A stretch of DNA of 64,000 bases from Azolla caroliniana (lineage: Eukaryota > Plantae > Polypodiophyta), in assembly GCA_043228905.1 (NCBI GenBank), contig JBHGNT010000005.1, positions 22,444,001 through 22,508,000 on the forward strand, given 5' to 3'. The position numbers were made by a program, and so were the translations under genes. Shown in pieces: positions 26,560-39,606 of the stretch (position 1 is its first letter; each line of letters starts with the position of its first letter). The notes beneath the pieces are model-generated. The model searched no databases. It saw only the letters and a program-made list of their open reading frames with translations, and had not been told where the DNA came from.

Positions 26560-27680
26560 ATCTTCTTGCACCATTTAGGTCGGCGAAACACAGAAGTTTG
26601 AAGGAGATGGCCTGATTTTCCTTCTCCGCGTCAATTCAGGAAACATGGCGTTCTGTTTCATCTCTATAGAAACACAAAGCTGCATCAGATTTTTCATTTC
26701 CTGTTTGATATTCCTTGTCCTCAAAAGGTCAAGGGAATACAAAGTTTAGTCAGATTTTGTTCTTTGATCTTCTCACATAGTTGGGTCAAGGAGACACAGA
26801 ATGTCAGGATCTTTTTTGCTGTTCGATCTTCTTTCATTGTTAGGTCAAGGAAATGCAAAGTTTTAAGGAACTTTTTTCCTCTTCTGTTTGAGATTTCTCG
26901 CCATAAGGTCATCAGAAGAGCCGATGTTTAGGAACCTCTATTCCTTCTTCTTTTCCATCTCGACGCATAAGATCAGCAAATATGCAAAGCGTTAAAAAGA
27001 TCTTGCTGTTTCATCTTTGCGCTGAAGGTCAAGGAATTATACCAAATTGATCACTCAGAAAACGCAGTTGAAAGGAGCTTCGGATGTTTGGTCTCTGAGT
27101 ATAGGCTTAAGGAAACAGAAAGCTTCAAAGAGCTTTTGCTGATGGCCCTCTGCACAGAAGATCTGTTTTTCTTCCATTCATGTGCTTGCGATCAAGGCAG
27201 CACACAAATTTAAGTAGCTTTTGCTGCCAGGTCTCTGGCCATAAGGTCAAGGAAACTCAAAGCTTTGAGAAAATACAAAGCTTTATGGAGCTTTCGATGA
27301 TTGATCTCGTATAATGTCAACAAGACACAAAGCTTTATTGAGTTTTTGATGTTGACCCTCTGCAGATAAGGTCAAGGAAACCCAAAGGTTTAAGATGAAC
27401 ATAGTTCAATGAATTGAACACAAATTGTCAGGAAAACACACATTTAAGGAGATTTTGATGTTGGATCTCTGTGCATAGGTCGATGAAATAAAAAACTTTA
27501 TGGACATACCAAAGTTATAATAAGCTTTTGCTGTTTGATTTCTTTACAAAATGGTTAGGGAAACAAAGGTTTAAGGAAAACACTTAATTCTGTCCTACTT
27601 GTGCATGTAAGGTCAAAGAAAAACATATTTAAGGATCGTCTTCCAGTTATCTGATTGTACGCCTTAGGGGTTAGGAGTGC
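26560..27680. repeat. Highly degenerate ~55-bp tandem array in the probable 5'-UTR intron of the PP2C gene
   Basis: Roughly 15-20 units of consensus TAAGGTCAAGGAAACACAAAG.TTTAAGGAGCTTTTGCTGTTTGATCTCT. Candidate donor at 26341 and acceptor at ~27864. Confidence 0.7.
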
Positions 27681-28113
27681 CTTTAAAGAAATCTTGAAGA
27701 CATATGTAGAACCTTCCAAGTTTTTCTGTGTGATTTTATAGTAAGGCTTTTTATACAATCTTCTTCTTCCTAATTGAGAATTCTCTAGCAAGTTGCAATA
27801 TTTGAGGTCGTTTGTTGTTTTTTGACATTTCTAACTCACTACACTGGTTTACTCTTCATCTTAGCTTCATCAAGAAAGCAGACATTCTTTGTGAGGATCT
27901 TTATCTCAAAAGAACAAAAAGGAGAACAAACGTTTGGCATCCATATCCTCTTGGATGACATGATGATCCAATCTAAGATATCGTAAATGTCGGCCACCAG
28001 GTTTCAGATTGAACTGCAGTTTGATTGCTCCGTTGGGGTATAAACTACAAGTTTACGAGTGAATTAGACTAGATTTAGGTCCAACCTGAATCACAACTCA
28101 TTTTGTCTCAATA

Positions 28114-29641
28114 ATGAGTATCTTTTCTGCTTGCTGTAATCCATTGACAAGATGTCTACGGCCGGGTGATAGCATACATGAAGAAGAACAAGGTTCTCTA
28201 CTATGGCACAAAGGTCTTACCCAATGCACGACCGGGGACTTCTCCATAGCTGTTGTGCAAGCAAATGAAGTTTTGGAGGATCAAAGTCAAGTTAAAGTAG
28301 GGCATTATGGTACTCTTATTGGCATCTATGATGGTCATGGAGGTACAGAAGCATCTCGATTTGTTGCAAATTGCTTGTTTCCGAAGATTGAAGGTAGAGC
28401 TTAGTGGGCTGTTATAATGCTGTACTTATTTCTGTAATAATTTCTTACTTATGTCCATATTTTCTTATGCTTTAGTAGATCTTGTGCAGGTTTTGCTCAA
28501 GATGTAGGGGGAATGTCATTGAAAGTTTTGAAGCAAGCCATTAGTGCAGTAGAGGAAGAATTTGGCAGCATTGTTGAGAAGAATTGGCCATCTGAACCTA
28601 AAATAGCTTCTGTTGGAACATGTTGCATTGTGGGAGCTATAAGTGGAAACAATTTGTATGTGGCTAACCTTGGGGATTCAAGGGTTGTTTTGGGGACACA
28701 AAAGCAAGGAAAAATAGTAGCATTGAGGATTTCAGACGAGCATAATGCAGGAAATGAGGAGGTGCGGAAGGAGTTGAAAGAACAACATCCTGATGATTCA
28801 CAGATCGTTGTGCTCAAGCATGGTGTTTGGCGTGTAAAAGGGGTTATCCAGGTGAATCATTAATATTACCAACATAATCATTGCTTCAGTATGCTTATTT
28901 GAGGTTTTATCAGCACTTAATGGAGGCAGTGGCATGCTGGAGTGAGAAAGTCAATCCTTTGGAGTGTCAGGTTATCTTGACATTTTCTGAATTTAAACAT
29001 TTGGAGAAATTTGCAGGTGTCAAGGTCGATTGGTGATGTGTATTTGAAGAAGCCGCAACTGAATAAAGATCTGTGTTTTAGCCATGGGGGAGTAGCTATC
29101 TCCTTCAAGAAGCCTGTTTTATCAGCTGAGCCATCTCTTCATGAGAAAGTGCTTACGGTGGAAGACCGTTTTTTGATATTTGCATCTGATGGACTATGGG
29201 AGCAGGTAACAGACCAGGAAGCTGTTGAGATAGTGCATAAAGGATCAAGAGATGTACGTATCTTTTCGTTGACATACTTTGTTATTGATATTATTGATTT
29301 ACTTGCACACTGTTTTTGATCTGACTGATTCGTTCACACACCAGGGAATTGCCAAAAGACTAGTACGAGCTGCTCTTCAGCAAGTTGCAAAGAAGCGTGA
29401 GATGCGTTATTCTGATCTCAAGAAGGTTGAGCCTGGTATAAGACGCCATTTTCACGATGATATCAGTGTGGTGGTTGTGTTTCTTGATCATAACATGATG
29501 GGCATTCAAACTTCAACGAAAGGTAGAGCTTGCAAAATTTCGATGGACAGTGTGAATGCACCTATAAATATTTTCTCTTCTGAAAGACTGCAGAATATTC
29601 ATCTTAAATCACAGAGAACAAATCCGGTTGCTCTTTTTTGA
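28114..29641 (+). CDS. Protein phosphatase 2C, clade D
   Basis: Exons 28114-28393, 28490-28851, 29017-29253, 29345-29641. Motifs GDFSIAVVQANEVLEDQSQ, GIYDGHGG, YVANLGDSRVVLG, WRVKGVIQVSRSIGDVYLK, FLIFASDGLWE, RRHFHDDISVVVVFLD. Confidence 0.96.
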
Positions 29642-30350
29642 ACATTGGGATGGGATAAAAATGGATAGGTTTTCCCTTTATGCTTTACTTTTTAAACTTA
29701 TCCTCTCAAACTTCTTAAATTGAAGTATGTGAATCATCACATTTATATATACCTTTGAAACTCGATGTAATTACCAATGACTATGATTGCAGGCTACAAT
29801 TGCATGATTGTTTCTAAACAGTAGAAACGATAATTTTGTAAATTATAAATTGTAATGCTCCATAGAGCAATGTAATAAAACACGTTGTCATATATTGACA
29901 ACGTGTTATAACCATATCCAATGCCAGTATAAGCATGGTGTACAATATTTCTTAAAGAAACATAGCTAATCATTCTTCTTTGTTTTCTTTGTTTTCTTTG
30001 TTTTCGTTGTTTTCTTTGTTGAGGAAGCAGATTATTGATTGTAAATATCTCATCATCATAACTAGTATCAGAACAAACTTTGATGATTCCTTCCCTTGTA
30101 CCTTGTATTAGTATGGCAATGGCATTTGTCTATGAAGCTTGATTTTTCAATATATTGAGAAAGATTATTTAATTCTATTTGTTAAGGCGAGGAGAAATTA
30201 GACATACATTTCTTTACCTCTATTTTTGTTTATTATTGGCGATATACAATTTGTATAAAAGAGCCAATGATCATCACCAATCAATAGTGTAGTGCTTCTC
30301 TAAAGGGGTCCAATTCGGTACAATCTAAAGAGGCTTAGCGAGGTAGATTT

Positions 30351-30705
30351 GATGGTTATTGATAGTGCAACCATTTTGGTTTTTAATTGAGCGATTTTAC
30401 CAAAGCACCCTTAAACATATTCACAAAATTCTCAAATTACCCCTCAAATTTTGAGAAGTGCTATTGCATACATACATGTACAAATTCAATTCTTACTAAG
30501 AGGGACAAAGCTTATAAGTTATATTGTTGTAGTTTAGTTGGTGATGGTTATTGATAGTGCAATCATTTTGCTTTTTAATTGATGATTTTAACTTCACAAA
30601 ATTCTCAAGTTACCCTCTCAAATTTCGAGAAGTGCTACTACATACATGTATAAATTCAATTCGTATGAAGAGAAAAAAGCCTAACTTGTTGTAGTTTAGT
30701 TGGTG
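30351..30705. repeat. Imperfect tandem duplication (~190-bp unit)
   Basis: gatggttattgatagtgcaa...caaaattctcaa...gagaagtgcta...gttgtagtttagttggtga occurs from 30351 and again from 30543. Confidence 0.75.
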
Positions 30706-30858
30706 AGGTTGTGAAGTGAAGGCCAAAATTGCATTTGACCCTACATTCCACAATGGCATCTAGTAGCTTAAGCCATATCTATGGTGTTAAAGAGTCATGT
30801 CGTAACTAAAGCCATCTATATGGTGTAATAAAGAGGCAAACATGTAGTAACTCAAGAC

Positions 30859-31900
30859 ATGAATGGTGTAGTAAAGACGTTTGAAAGTCGAGCCTTGAAC
30901 TCAAGTGTTTGCGAAGCTATTTTGGAAGCTATCTTCTATTTTGTGAGAAAGTGTTTCTTTGAAAAGCAATGGTGGGCAAATCACTTTGGTGATGGCTTTA
31001 CACAAGACATGTTTATTTCCTTGTACAAAAAATTAAGAGGATGCCAAACATATTCCTTGGGGGAACATATCATAAAGGTTCCCTTTTTTCAGTATACAGT
31101 AAAGCTAGGAAGGTCATTACTAAGGTCTATGAATGTAATGACGCCAGCAACACAAAAACATTGGACTGACTGGGGTGTTTCAACGTTGCAGTTGAAAACA
31201 TATTGGAGATGGATATGGTCTTTCAAGGGGTCTTCTAAATTTATTCTTTTTAGATGGCTATTAGTGCATGCTGCATTACCAGTTGGCCAAACGTTAAAAG
31301 GGAATGTCGCACAAAATCTCAGGCAATGTGAATTATGCTATGCAACGCCGGAGACTAAGCATGCCCTTTGGTATTGTCCCTTGGCTCAACAAGTATGGAA
31401 TAAAGTTCTTTCTTTATTCCTAACAATCATTGTTGGTTGCTTGTTCTCATGGGGAGCAACGGTGTGGGGAGTATTACACTCTAGCCTGATGTTGTATGAG
31501 GCAGATGATATGCAAGAGGCCATGACGGCGTATAACAGAAGATTGATATCAGTTAGTCTGTTTCAGCAACCTCGAAAGCAAATGCGATCTATCGAGATTT
31601 GGAAAACTGTGACTACAATAACATTATGGGTATTATGGAAATGTAGATGCAGTCGACTTTACGATGCCGCAAAACTTGGCATTCCAGAGGTATTGCTTTA
31701 GATATGGGAAACATTGTTGACAGTAGTTTGTGGCCAGTATGATAACATGGCTGGTTCTCCAGAAAATATTCATAAAAGAAGGATGAAGCTTCTTCACTTA
31801 TGGAGGAAGGTGCCTCTCTTTGAAATGACAAACCAAAGACCTCAATGGAATTATCATCTTCCATGGACCTTTTCTTGATATAAAACCAACATGTTAATGT
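30859..31900 (+). mobile_element. L1-type LINE 3' fragment (zf-RVT region)
   Basis: 280-aa ORF with WRWIW...KFILFRWLLVHAALPV, CELC...ETKHALWYCP and TLWVLWKCR. Confidence 0.8.
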
Positions 31901-32505
31901 ATCGTTTAAGGCTCAACAACCCTATATAAGTTGTTTTTGTATGTACAAGTTTAGGTGTACATACATTACGTTGTAAACCTACGGGCAGATAACTTTCACT
32001 TGTACTTTCTCGATGTTTTAATACTATTGAAGAAAATCTTTCAGGGAAAAAGAGAGGATGCCAAACATAGGATTCGTTACATGCCCAATTGATAAAGCCA
32101 TTCGGGTTATTCTATTGCAACTTTGGCCAATGTCAATGAGGGAAAATTTCAAGCTAGAGCTTTGTGCTCTTGGGCATATAAGGCTATGTTGGACTACTTT
32201 AGGTACTGGGGTACATGGCACAAGTTACAACAAGAGAGCATGAAGAAATGGGTTGATGGTCTCTGTGGGAGTACCACAAATGGCTACATAGGCCAAAAGG
32301 AGAATTGTGGTTTGACAAATTATGGAATTGAATTTGTATAGGCTCCTTGTCCTTGGAGGTTTACAACAAAAATGGGGTATTTACCCATTCATCGAAAGTA
32401 AAAATAAAATAAAATAAAACTTAAGCTAAAGAGTTCTAGTAAAAAACATGCTCTATAAAGGAAAATGACTTTATACTATGTCATTTCCATCCAAGTCTCT
32501 CGAAA

Positions 32506-32543
<38 letters not shown>

Positions 32544-32624
32544 AAGAAAGAAATATTAATGTCTTCCAAGGCCAAAATTGTCCCATGAGAGAGAGAGAGA
32601 GAGAGGGGGGGGGGGGGGGGGGTT

Positions 32625-33300
32625 TCATAAGCCCATTACTTGGTGGCTTCATGTGATCAAGGCAGGTTGGTGTTCTCGATTAATGCTACGAGCCAAGGTA
32701 TTTGTTTGGAGAGTTATGATTGGAGCTTTACCATTGGGGGATGCATTAAAAAAAAGAAACATTACTAAAGGATTGTGTTTCTTTTGTTCGGTAGAATTGG
32801 AACATAGTAGGCATCGATTTATTTCTTGCCCGATGGCAAGGATGGTTTGGAGGTGTATCAGTTTAGTGTGGATGTCTCTAACCGGAGTACGTCTATCTTC
32901 CTTCAATTGGGTTTTTGCACATATGGAGAACAACGAACCAATGCCTCATTCTCAAATTATTTTTGAGTTCTTGAGGTATTGGGGGCTATGGTTCAATTGG
33001 AATATGCGGAATGCCTTCATTTTTTATTCACAAGTGGGAGTGAGAAAATATGTTCTAAAGTTAAAATGACTTCTTTTGTGGCAATTGACAGTGCTAGAGA
33101 AGTCACGAAATCTCAGCCAGGAAGAGAGAGAACTCTGCAAGGTCACATATCATCATATTCGCCATTTGAATTGGTGTGTAGGGTGGCATTGAGTTTGGTG
33201 TCGTAGTTTTCTTTAGATCCCTAGATAGATGGGGTTCTATAGTTTGTTGTAAGTTAGTCATGGTGGTGTTTTTTCTTTCGTAATGAAAGCCATTATTTAC

Positions 33301-33304
<4 letters not shown>
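32625..33304 (+). mobile_element. L1-type LINE 3' fragment between (AG)n tracts
   Basis: RAKVFVWRVMIGALPLG...CFFC...EHSRHRFISCP...WFNWNMRNAFIF; clear homolog of 7833-8216. Confidence 0.8.
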
Positions 33305-33351
<47 letters not shown>

Positions 33352-33659
33352 ACTATATCCATGCCCATTTGACACTGGAGGAGCCAAGAGAAACAGAGAG
33401 ATAGATGATGCATACGAGGGGTATTTTGGGAGATATTGTAAATACGAGGGGTATTTCGGGAGATGTCGAAAATACGAGGGGCATGACGTTGTAAATACGC
33501 GAAAATACGAGGGGTATTTGGGGAAATACGCCTAACAATACGTACATTTGGCTCTGTGGGGATGTATATATACATACCAGACAGAGAGACTGTGAGGGAG
33601 AGGGTGTACAGAGCATCCATGCCCATCTGACGCGTGGAGGAGCCAAGAGAAACAGAGAG

Positions 33660-34095
33660 ATGATTCCTACTGCCCTTCTATATCCAACTCCTCTCCCAAA
33701 CACCTCCTGTGTAAGCTCTCCATCGTTTCTGCTTTGCTCTGTTCTAGAAGTAATTCCTTTCATAACCTACTTCTGACAGCACCTCCCAAATTTGATTATG
33801 GTTTCCCTGTCCTAGAACTAAATTCGTGTATATGTCAAAAGAACATAGTTGTTATGTACTCTAAATCATTTTTTGTTTCCTCTTCTTTTCTTTTTCTCTT
33901 TGTTGTTTGTTTTGTTTATTTAGGCTTCCAATCTGATGAAACCATGGTCTGCATCGGGGATATCATTGAGGTTATTGAAGAGGAAGGCAGGATTATACAG
34001 TAGAAACCATCATAAAGGGTTGAGCGTGGATGTGATCAAGATGACTAGATCATTGTTCATTGACGAGGTATGTTGCTTACTAATTTTGTGTTATA

Positions 34096-34166
<71 letters not shown>

Positions 34167-37100
34167 ATATATATATGCGTGTGTCACAGTGTTTGCTTCA
34201 TGGAAAAATAAAAAACAAAAGCATATGATATAGAAGAAAAAAGATTAAGGACATAAAATTGCATGTCAACATGGAAACTTAGAAATGACTAGATCATTCC
34301 TCATGGGTGAAGTTTGTTTGCATCGTCATGGGGGAGGGTTTTTGGCCATGTTAATCTGTCATTGCAAAAATTCAGAGGAGGTAATTATTCATGGGTGTAG
34401 TTTGTTTTTATTGATTATACAAAAAATCAAAGCAAATGATATAGGGATAATCAAAAGGTACGAAGTAATGGCTTGTAGGTGGTAAGTGGGATAATTTTTC
34501 ATGACAGAAACTTAAGATTGGCAAGTGGTAGGTAGAAACTGAGATAAATGTTTTACCATAGAAAGTTAAGTTGGAACCATGATAGAGCTAATCCCTTTCT
34601 TTGGATGAACTTTTCACATCCTTCTTGCTCATTGCATCTCTAATATTTCGCAAGTTTATTGCTTGATTGCATCTTTAAGGGTGAAGATATGGAACTTAAT
34701 GATTTAACTTATCCTTGAGCCTTTAAATTCCCTTGAATAAGAAGATCCATATTTATTGGAAAAACTTTGTGATTGACATGATTTATCACCATAGAGTAGG
34801 CAATTCTGAGACGGGTCATCCATCCTCCATTTGGCATATTTATTCAGACTGTGGAGAATACTATGTATCATAATATGAATATTAATAGCTTCAGAAAACA
34901 TTCACTGCAGTTGATGGATTATCACAGAAGGATATATGGAATATTGTAAGTGAAAATCATCTGGGAATTCATAACTGCACTCCAATTCATGAAAAAAGTT
35001 TGAAGTTGATTTATTCAAGTTCGAGCTTGTTTTTCATGCTTCACATCAAATTATATCATATTAATCATTGACCAGAAATATCTAGAAAAGGATCAGGCAA
35101 ATTTGCTTAAAATATGGCTTATGTGGGCACTGCCATATTTCATATCCCCTGAGGTTTTGCTTAAATATGAATTATGTGCAAATGCCATTTATATAATCAA
35201 CATTCTCTTTTCTACCAGACGCAAACAAAATCCTTCAGTCTGATAATGCCATAAATGAACATTCTCTTTTTTATCAGACATAAACACAATTATTCAGTTC
35301 ATAAAGATGTGGTACATACCTAAACTCATCCCAAGATGATGTTGCATCAGTTATATAAATGCCATAAATGAACATTCTCTTTTCTACGTGACAGCAAACA
35401 AATTTCTTCAGTCTCATAATGATATGGTACATACCTAAACTCATCCCAAGATGATGCAAGCTTGTCCTTCATGTACAATTTATGTGTGTTAGATGTTAGC
35501 TTACATCTGCGGAATGATAAAGATAGTTATTTCTGCGCTAACCTCTAACAAATGCAATTGATGAACAGGACATTGGTGCAGAACATGGTGAGGGATTTGA
35601 GACTTTTAGATCTTGTGGGCCATTGCAGGTAGATGTGGTAAGGCCTGTATATATTGCTTCCAATTAGTTCAAGAACATGGAGAGGAGTTGATGTCTGTTA
35701 AGAATCTTAAAATTGATTGCTAGACCACTTTTCTTCTCGTCTTGTTAGGACTATTTGAATGACCGAATGCGAGAGAGAGGGCTTCAGAGGATTCGATATG
35801 CAATGAAACCTGATGAGGCCTTTGGGTTGATCTACTCATGGGATAATGTTTTGGTAATCTTGAACTTGTGTGGAGGAATTATAACGTTGCAAGACTGTAT
35901 TTTATAATTAGTTAACCTTTTTTTCACTGATGTAGGCAGACACAAGGGCATTAAGATTGGATGCATGGAAACAACTTGCTTCAGAAGAAGGTAATCAATT
36001 ATTGTAACTAAATATTATGTGAAGCAAGGAGTGAGGAAATTGTTAGAGTAATCTAGGATTTTTTGTATTAAAAAAGATGTCTCTAATAGTGCTGATAATT
36101 TCAATTAGAAGACACACGATTACATAATCTTGCTAGGTTTATCTTACATTGAATTCCATGGAATAGATTCTCCCCTTACTCCAAACGACTTAACGTTATG
36201 GTATTCCAAAGTTCTAAACTTCTATCAGAAATGTTTATATTTCTTCAGCAGTTTCATTTCAGTTCGTAGGAAAATTAAATGTTGCTTTTGGAGTCCGGAG
36301 GACATCTTAATTCATTGAAATCCTTTCTCTTGATAAGAAAAGCACTGATAAATATGGAGAAGTAGTCTTCTTGAACATCAAATATGGAGAGAACTGATGT
36401 TCATGACTTTTAAAGTGCTCTTCGTATGAATTATGGATTGTCAAGAACCCTTCAGAAATATGTAGAATATTGACAACAGGGCATTGTTTAAATAAATATG
36501 TTTTGTTTTCTGGTCATCTGAACATGAGTCACAATTCCTTTTAACAATTTTTTAATTGCAATGATTTGTTGCATCAATATTTAATCACAATAATTTGTAA
36601 CATCAATATTAAGTCATAATTTTGAAAAACCTTGAAACTTCATCGTCTACTCGTGCTTTTGTGCTTTGGAATACAGGCAAAATTTGGAAAGATGATCAAG
36701 AATTTCATAGATACATCCTAAGTATGGGAACTGAGAATGCCGTGAAAAAGGTCATAATCTGCTCTTTCTTTACTTTTTCCTGGGCTTTATGACATCCTCC
36801 ATATGTGCAATAGGTATTCCAAGATATAAAAAGGCCATAATCTGCTCCGTCAGGATTCATTATATGGCATGTATATGCAAGTTGAAGTGTATCAATGCAT
36901 TTTGTCACTTGCATCAAATAGCAATCTCATGTTATCAAGAATAATTATTGGGTTCTTTGTATGCTAATCTAATGGTAAAGCTCATAAATGATAAACCTTT
37001 GGGTTGTGGGTTTGAGGTACAATGGGTGTCCTATGGTATGCAACATGTGTTCAAACTAGTTGTTCACATGGCTAATGGCAGATTCACCAATATCACTCTC

Positions 37101-38702
37101 AGGTGGATCCGTCTTTGATGGTGGATCATTGAGGAGGATCTTAATGAGATCAAGCTCTGCTGATCATTTTTCTCATGAATTATCCTTGCCGATCATAGAT
37201 TGATGCCCAGGTTGTTAGTTTTTATAGCTAGTTGCTGGAAGGGACACACTTCCTTTGTGAGCATTCAGGTGTATGTGTTTCTTTGAAGAAAAACGATTTA
37301 ACAAAGGTATAGCTCTTAACTACATGAAGCTGTGTAGATGTCCTAGTTTAGAGCCTGCTTATTGTACGATTTTGTACACCTTTATATACTAGCTGTAATG
37401 TTTTTGAGAATCAGGGTAAAGAACCTAACTGTGCTTTTCTTTCCATCCAAGCTCTAATTTAAGAGTGAACAGATGAATGAGACACAACAGTATGTCACAC
37501 TGGCATGAGGGTTATATTCATTTCTGAATGTATCTTGGTTTCTCATATTTACTGAATGTCTACGTGCAATCTTATGTGCGTCATGTGTGAGTGCATATGT
37601 TCTATGATTTACTGTCATGCCAAATGCACGTTGGCCTTGCACAGAACTCTCTATCTTGATGTTGGCAGGTACTCTTGTGGGTGAGCTCAAATGATTCAGC
37701 TGAGCGTTTGAAAGCACGTCTTTCCAAGATCTATTATGAGAAGCTAACCAAGGTGCAGTTCCCTAATATGTAATGAGCTGATAATTCATAATGATAACTT
37801 GTCAAAGTGGTCTTTATTTTCTCTTCATTGTATTAGATACGATCACCGAGGGAGGGATTGAAGGAATGGCTAGATGCATTACAGACAGCAGGTGTTCCCT
37901 GTGCTGTTGCATCATCATTAGATCGATTTAATCTACTTGCCGCACTTCAAAGAATGGGCCTTTACAAGTACTTCCAGGTTGCTTATGGTGTTGGAAACTT
38001 TTATTTGTGAGACTCTGGATCCAGCTCAATAGTCTTTCTCAAGTTTTCATCTATAGGTCTCATATTTCTTTGTTTATGCAGGCTGTTATTACACATGAAG
38101 ATGGGATGAATTCTATGGCTCACAGGTTCTTATCTGCTGCAGTCAAGGTAAACTTTTCTTTGCATTTAGTAATTTCCTAAAGATTTAAGATATAGCGGAA
38201 TTTTAACTTTCAGTATCTTGTGTTTGGGCTGGCTATCTATGTATCCAATCAGAACAATGGAGAAAAAAGATCCAAAATTTTACACATATACACAATTCCC
38301 CTGACTATCCTATTGGATATATGCTCTGATGTTTTGACAGTTGGATCGCCCTCCATCAAAATGTGTGGTATTTGAAGACGATCCTCGTGGTATTACTGCA
38401 GCACACAATTGTTCCATGAAAGCTGTGGCCTTAATCGGATCACATCCAGCGTAAGGAAACATCTAATTAGTATGCCTTAATTTTATTGACTTGCACAGCA
38501 TGGAGTAACAAATTATTCTTACCTTCCTTTTAGTTACGAGTTAACGCAAGCAGACCTTGCGGTGAGCAGCTTCAATCAGCTGTCCGTGATCAACCTTCGA
38601 AGGCTATTTGCAAACAAAGGGGCAGAGTTCATGGACTTACAGAAACAACCAGAAGAGAAAAAGGCTCCAAAGAGAAGGACAATTACTGATACAATGTCAT
38701 GA
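33660..38702 (+). CDS. Plastid-type HAD-superfamily hydrolase (At3g10970-like; related to the riboflavin-pathway pyrimidine phosphatase family), 11 exons
   Basis: Exons 33660-33710, 33924-34067, 35569-35637, 35749-35853, 35936-35990, 36677-36750, 37669-37752, 37837-37977, 38082-38147, 38341-38450, 38534-38702. Peptides IGAEHGEGFETFR, RIRYAMKPDEAFGLIYSWDNV, HRFLSAAVKLDRPPSKCVVFEDDPRGITAAHNC, LSVINLRRLFANKG. Exon 1 is the least certain. Confidence 0.93.
34096..34176. repeat. (ATCT)n/(AT)n microsatellite in intron 2 of the HAD gene
   Basis: Seen directly. Confidence 0.9.
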
Positions 38703-39558
38703 GGAAATTGTGTCTTGATAAGTGCTTATTAATTCTGCTACAGTTATGCAAACAAACTGTATATTCAACTCTGTACCAGATTGATATTACTGTAGCAATG
38801 CATGATCTATAATACTCGAATCTGCTGCAACAGAGTTCAGCCTCCTTCCATGAATCATGACCAACAATATTGTTGGATGAGATTATGATCCATTTAAGAA
38901 AATGATAGGTTCCAAAGCCATCATATACCAGTTGTAAGGTTCAATTGATAGTTGTCGGGAGTGTGTATATTAATAGGCCACATATTGGATGGTACCCGTC
39001 ATATATATATATATATATATATATATCCATTTAACAGCCCATGCCAATTCCTTTGGATACAAGCTTAGTGTTGAATTCTGATTAGTATGAGAAAAAGCTT
39101 TGTATAAGAAAACTTGGACAAGTTGAAATTCATGTAGCCATATGATTTAACAATGCTTTGTATGACATGACAATTTAGTCTTTTGTTATTGTAATTAGCG
39201 ATATGCTTAAGTTAGTGGTGTCAATAATGCCTTTACATAATGAATATCAAGGAATCAGAATTGTACGTTGGAAAAAATCATGGCATCTTTATAAAATGAG
39301 CATGTTTGAGTCCTTATTGTGTTCTCCTAACTCGTGGAAAGTACTAGCTTTGTAGCAATTTCTTAGCCATTGTCTGAAATAATAGAGTATTATTGTATTA
39401 CTTGTGAATAAATAACATTTAATCTCTTTATCCAAGTATTACTTCTTAGGATTATAGTTGATATTAATGTGGTTAATGGGTTTAAGACCCAATTATCTCA
39501 CCTCTCTATTACTCCATATATATCCTTTTAATTCCATTGGGGAACCTTACCAATTGAG

Positions 39559-39603
<45 letters not shown>

Positions 39604-39606
<3 letters not shown>

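Noticed and set aside
26560-27680. CRISPR-like array
   Set aside because: Whole units are degenerate homologs with no identical repeats or unique spacers, there are no cas genes, and the context is eukaryotic.
35820-35853. HAD motif I lacking the first Asp (YSWDNV) as a sign of pseudogenisation
   Set aside because: As I recall, this variant is shared by the Arabidopsis family member, and all exons are intact.
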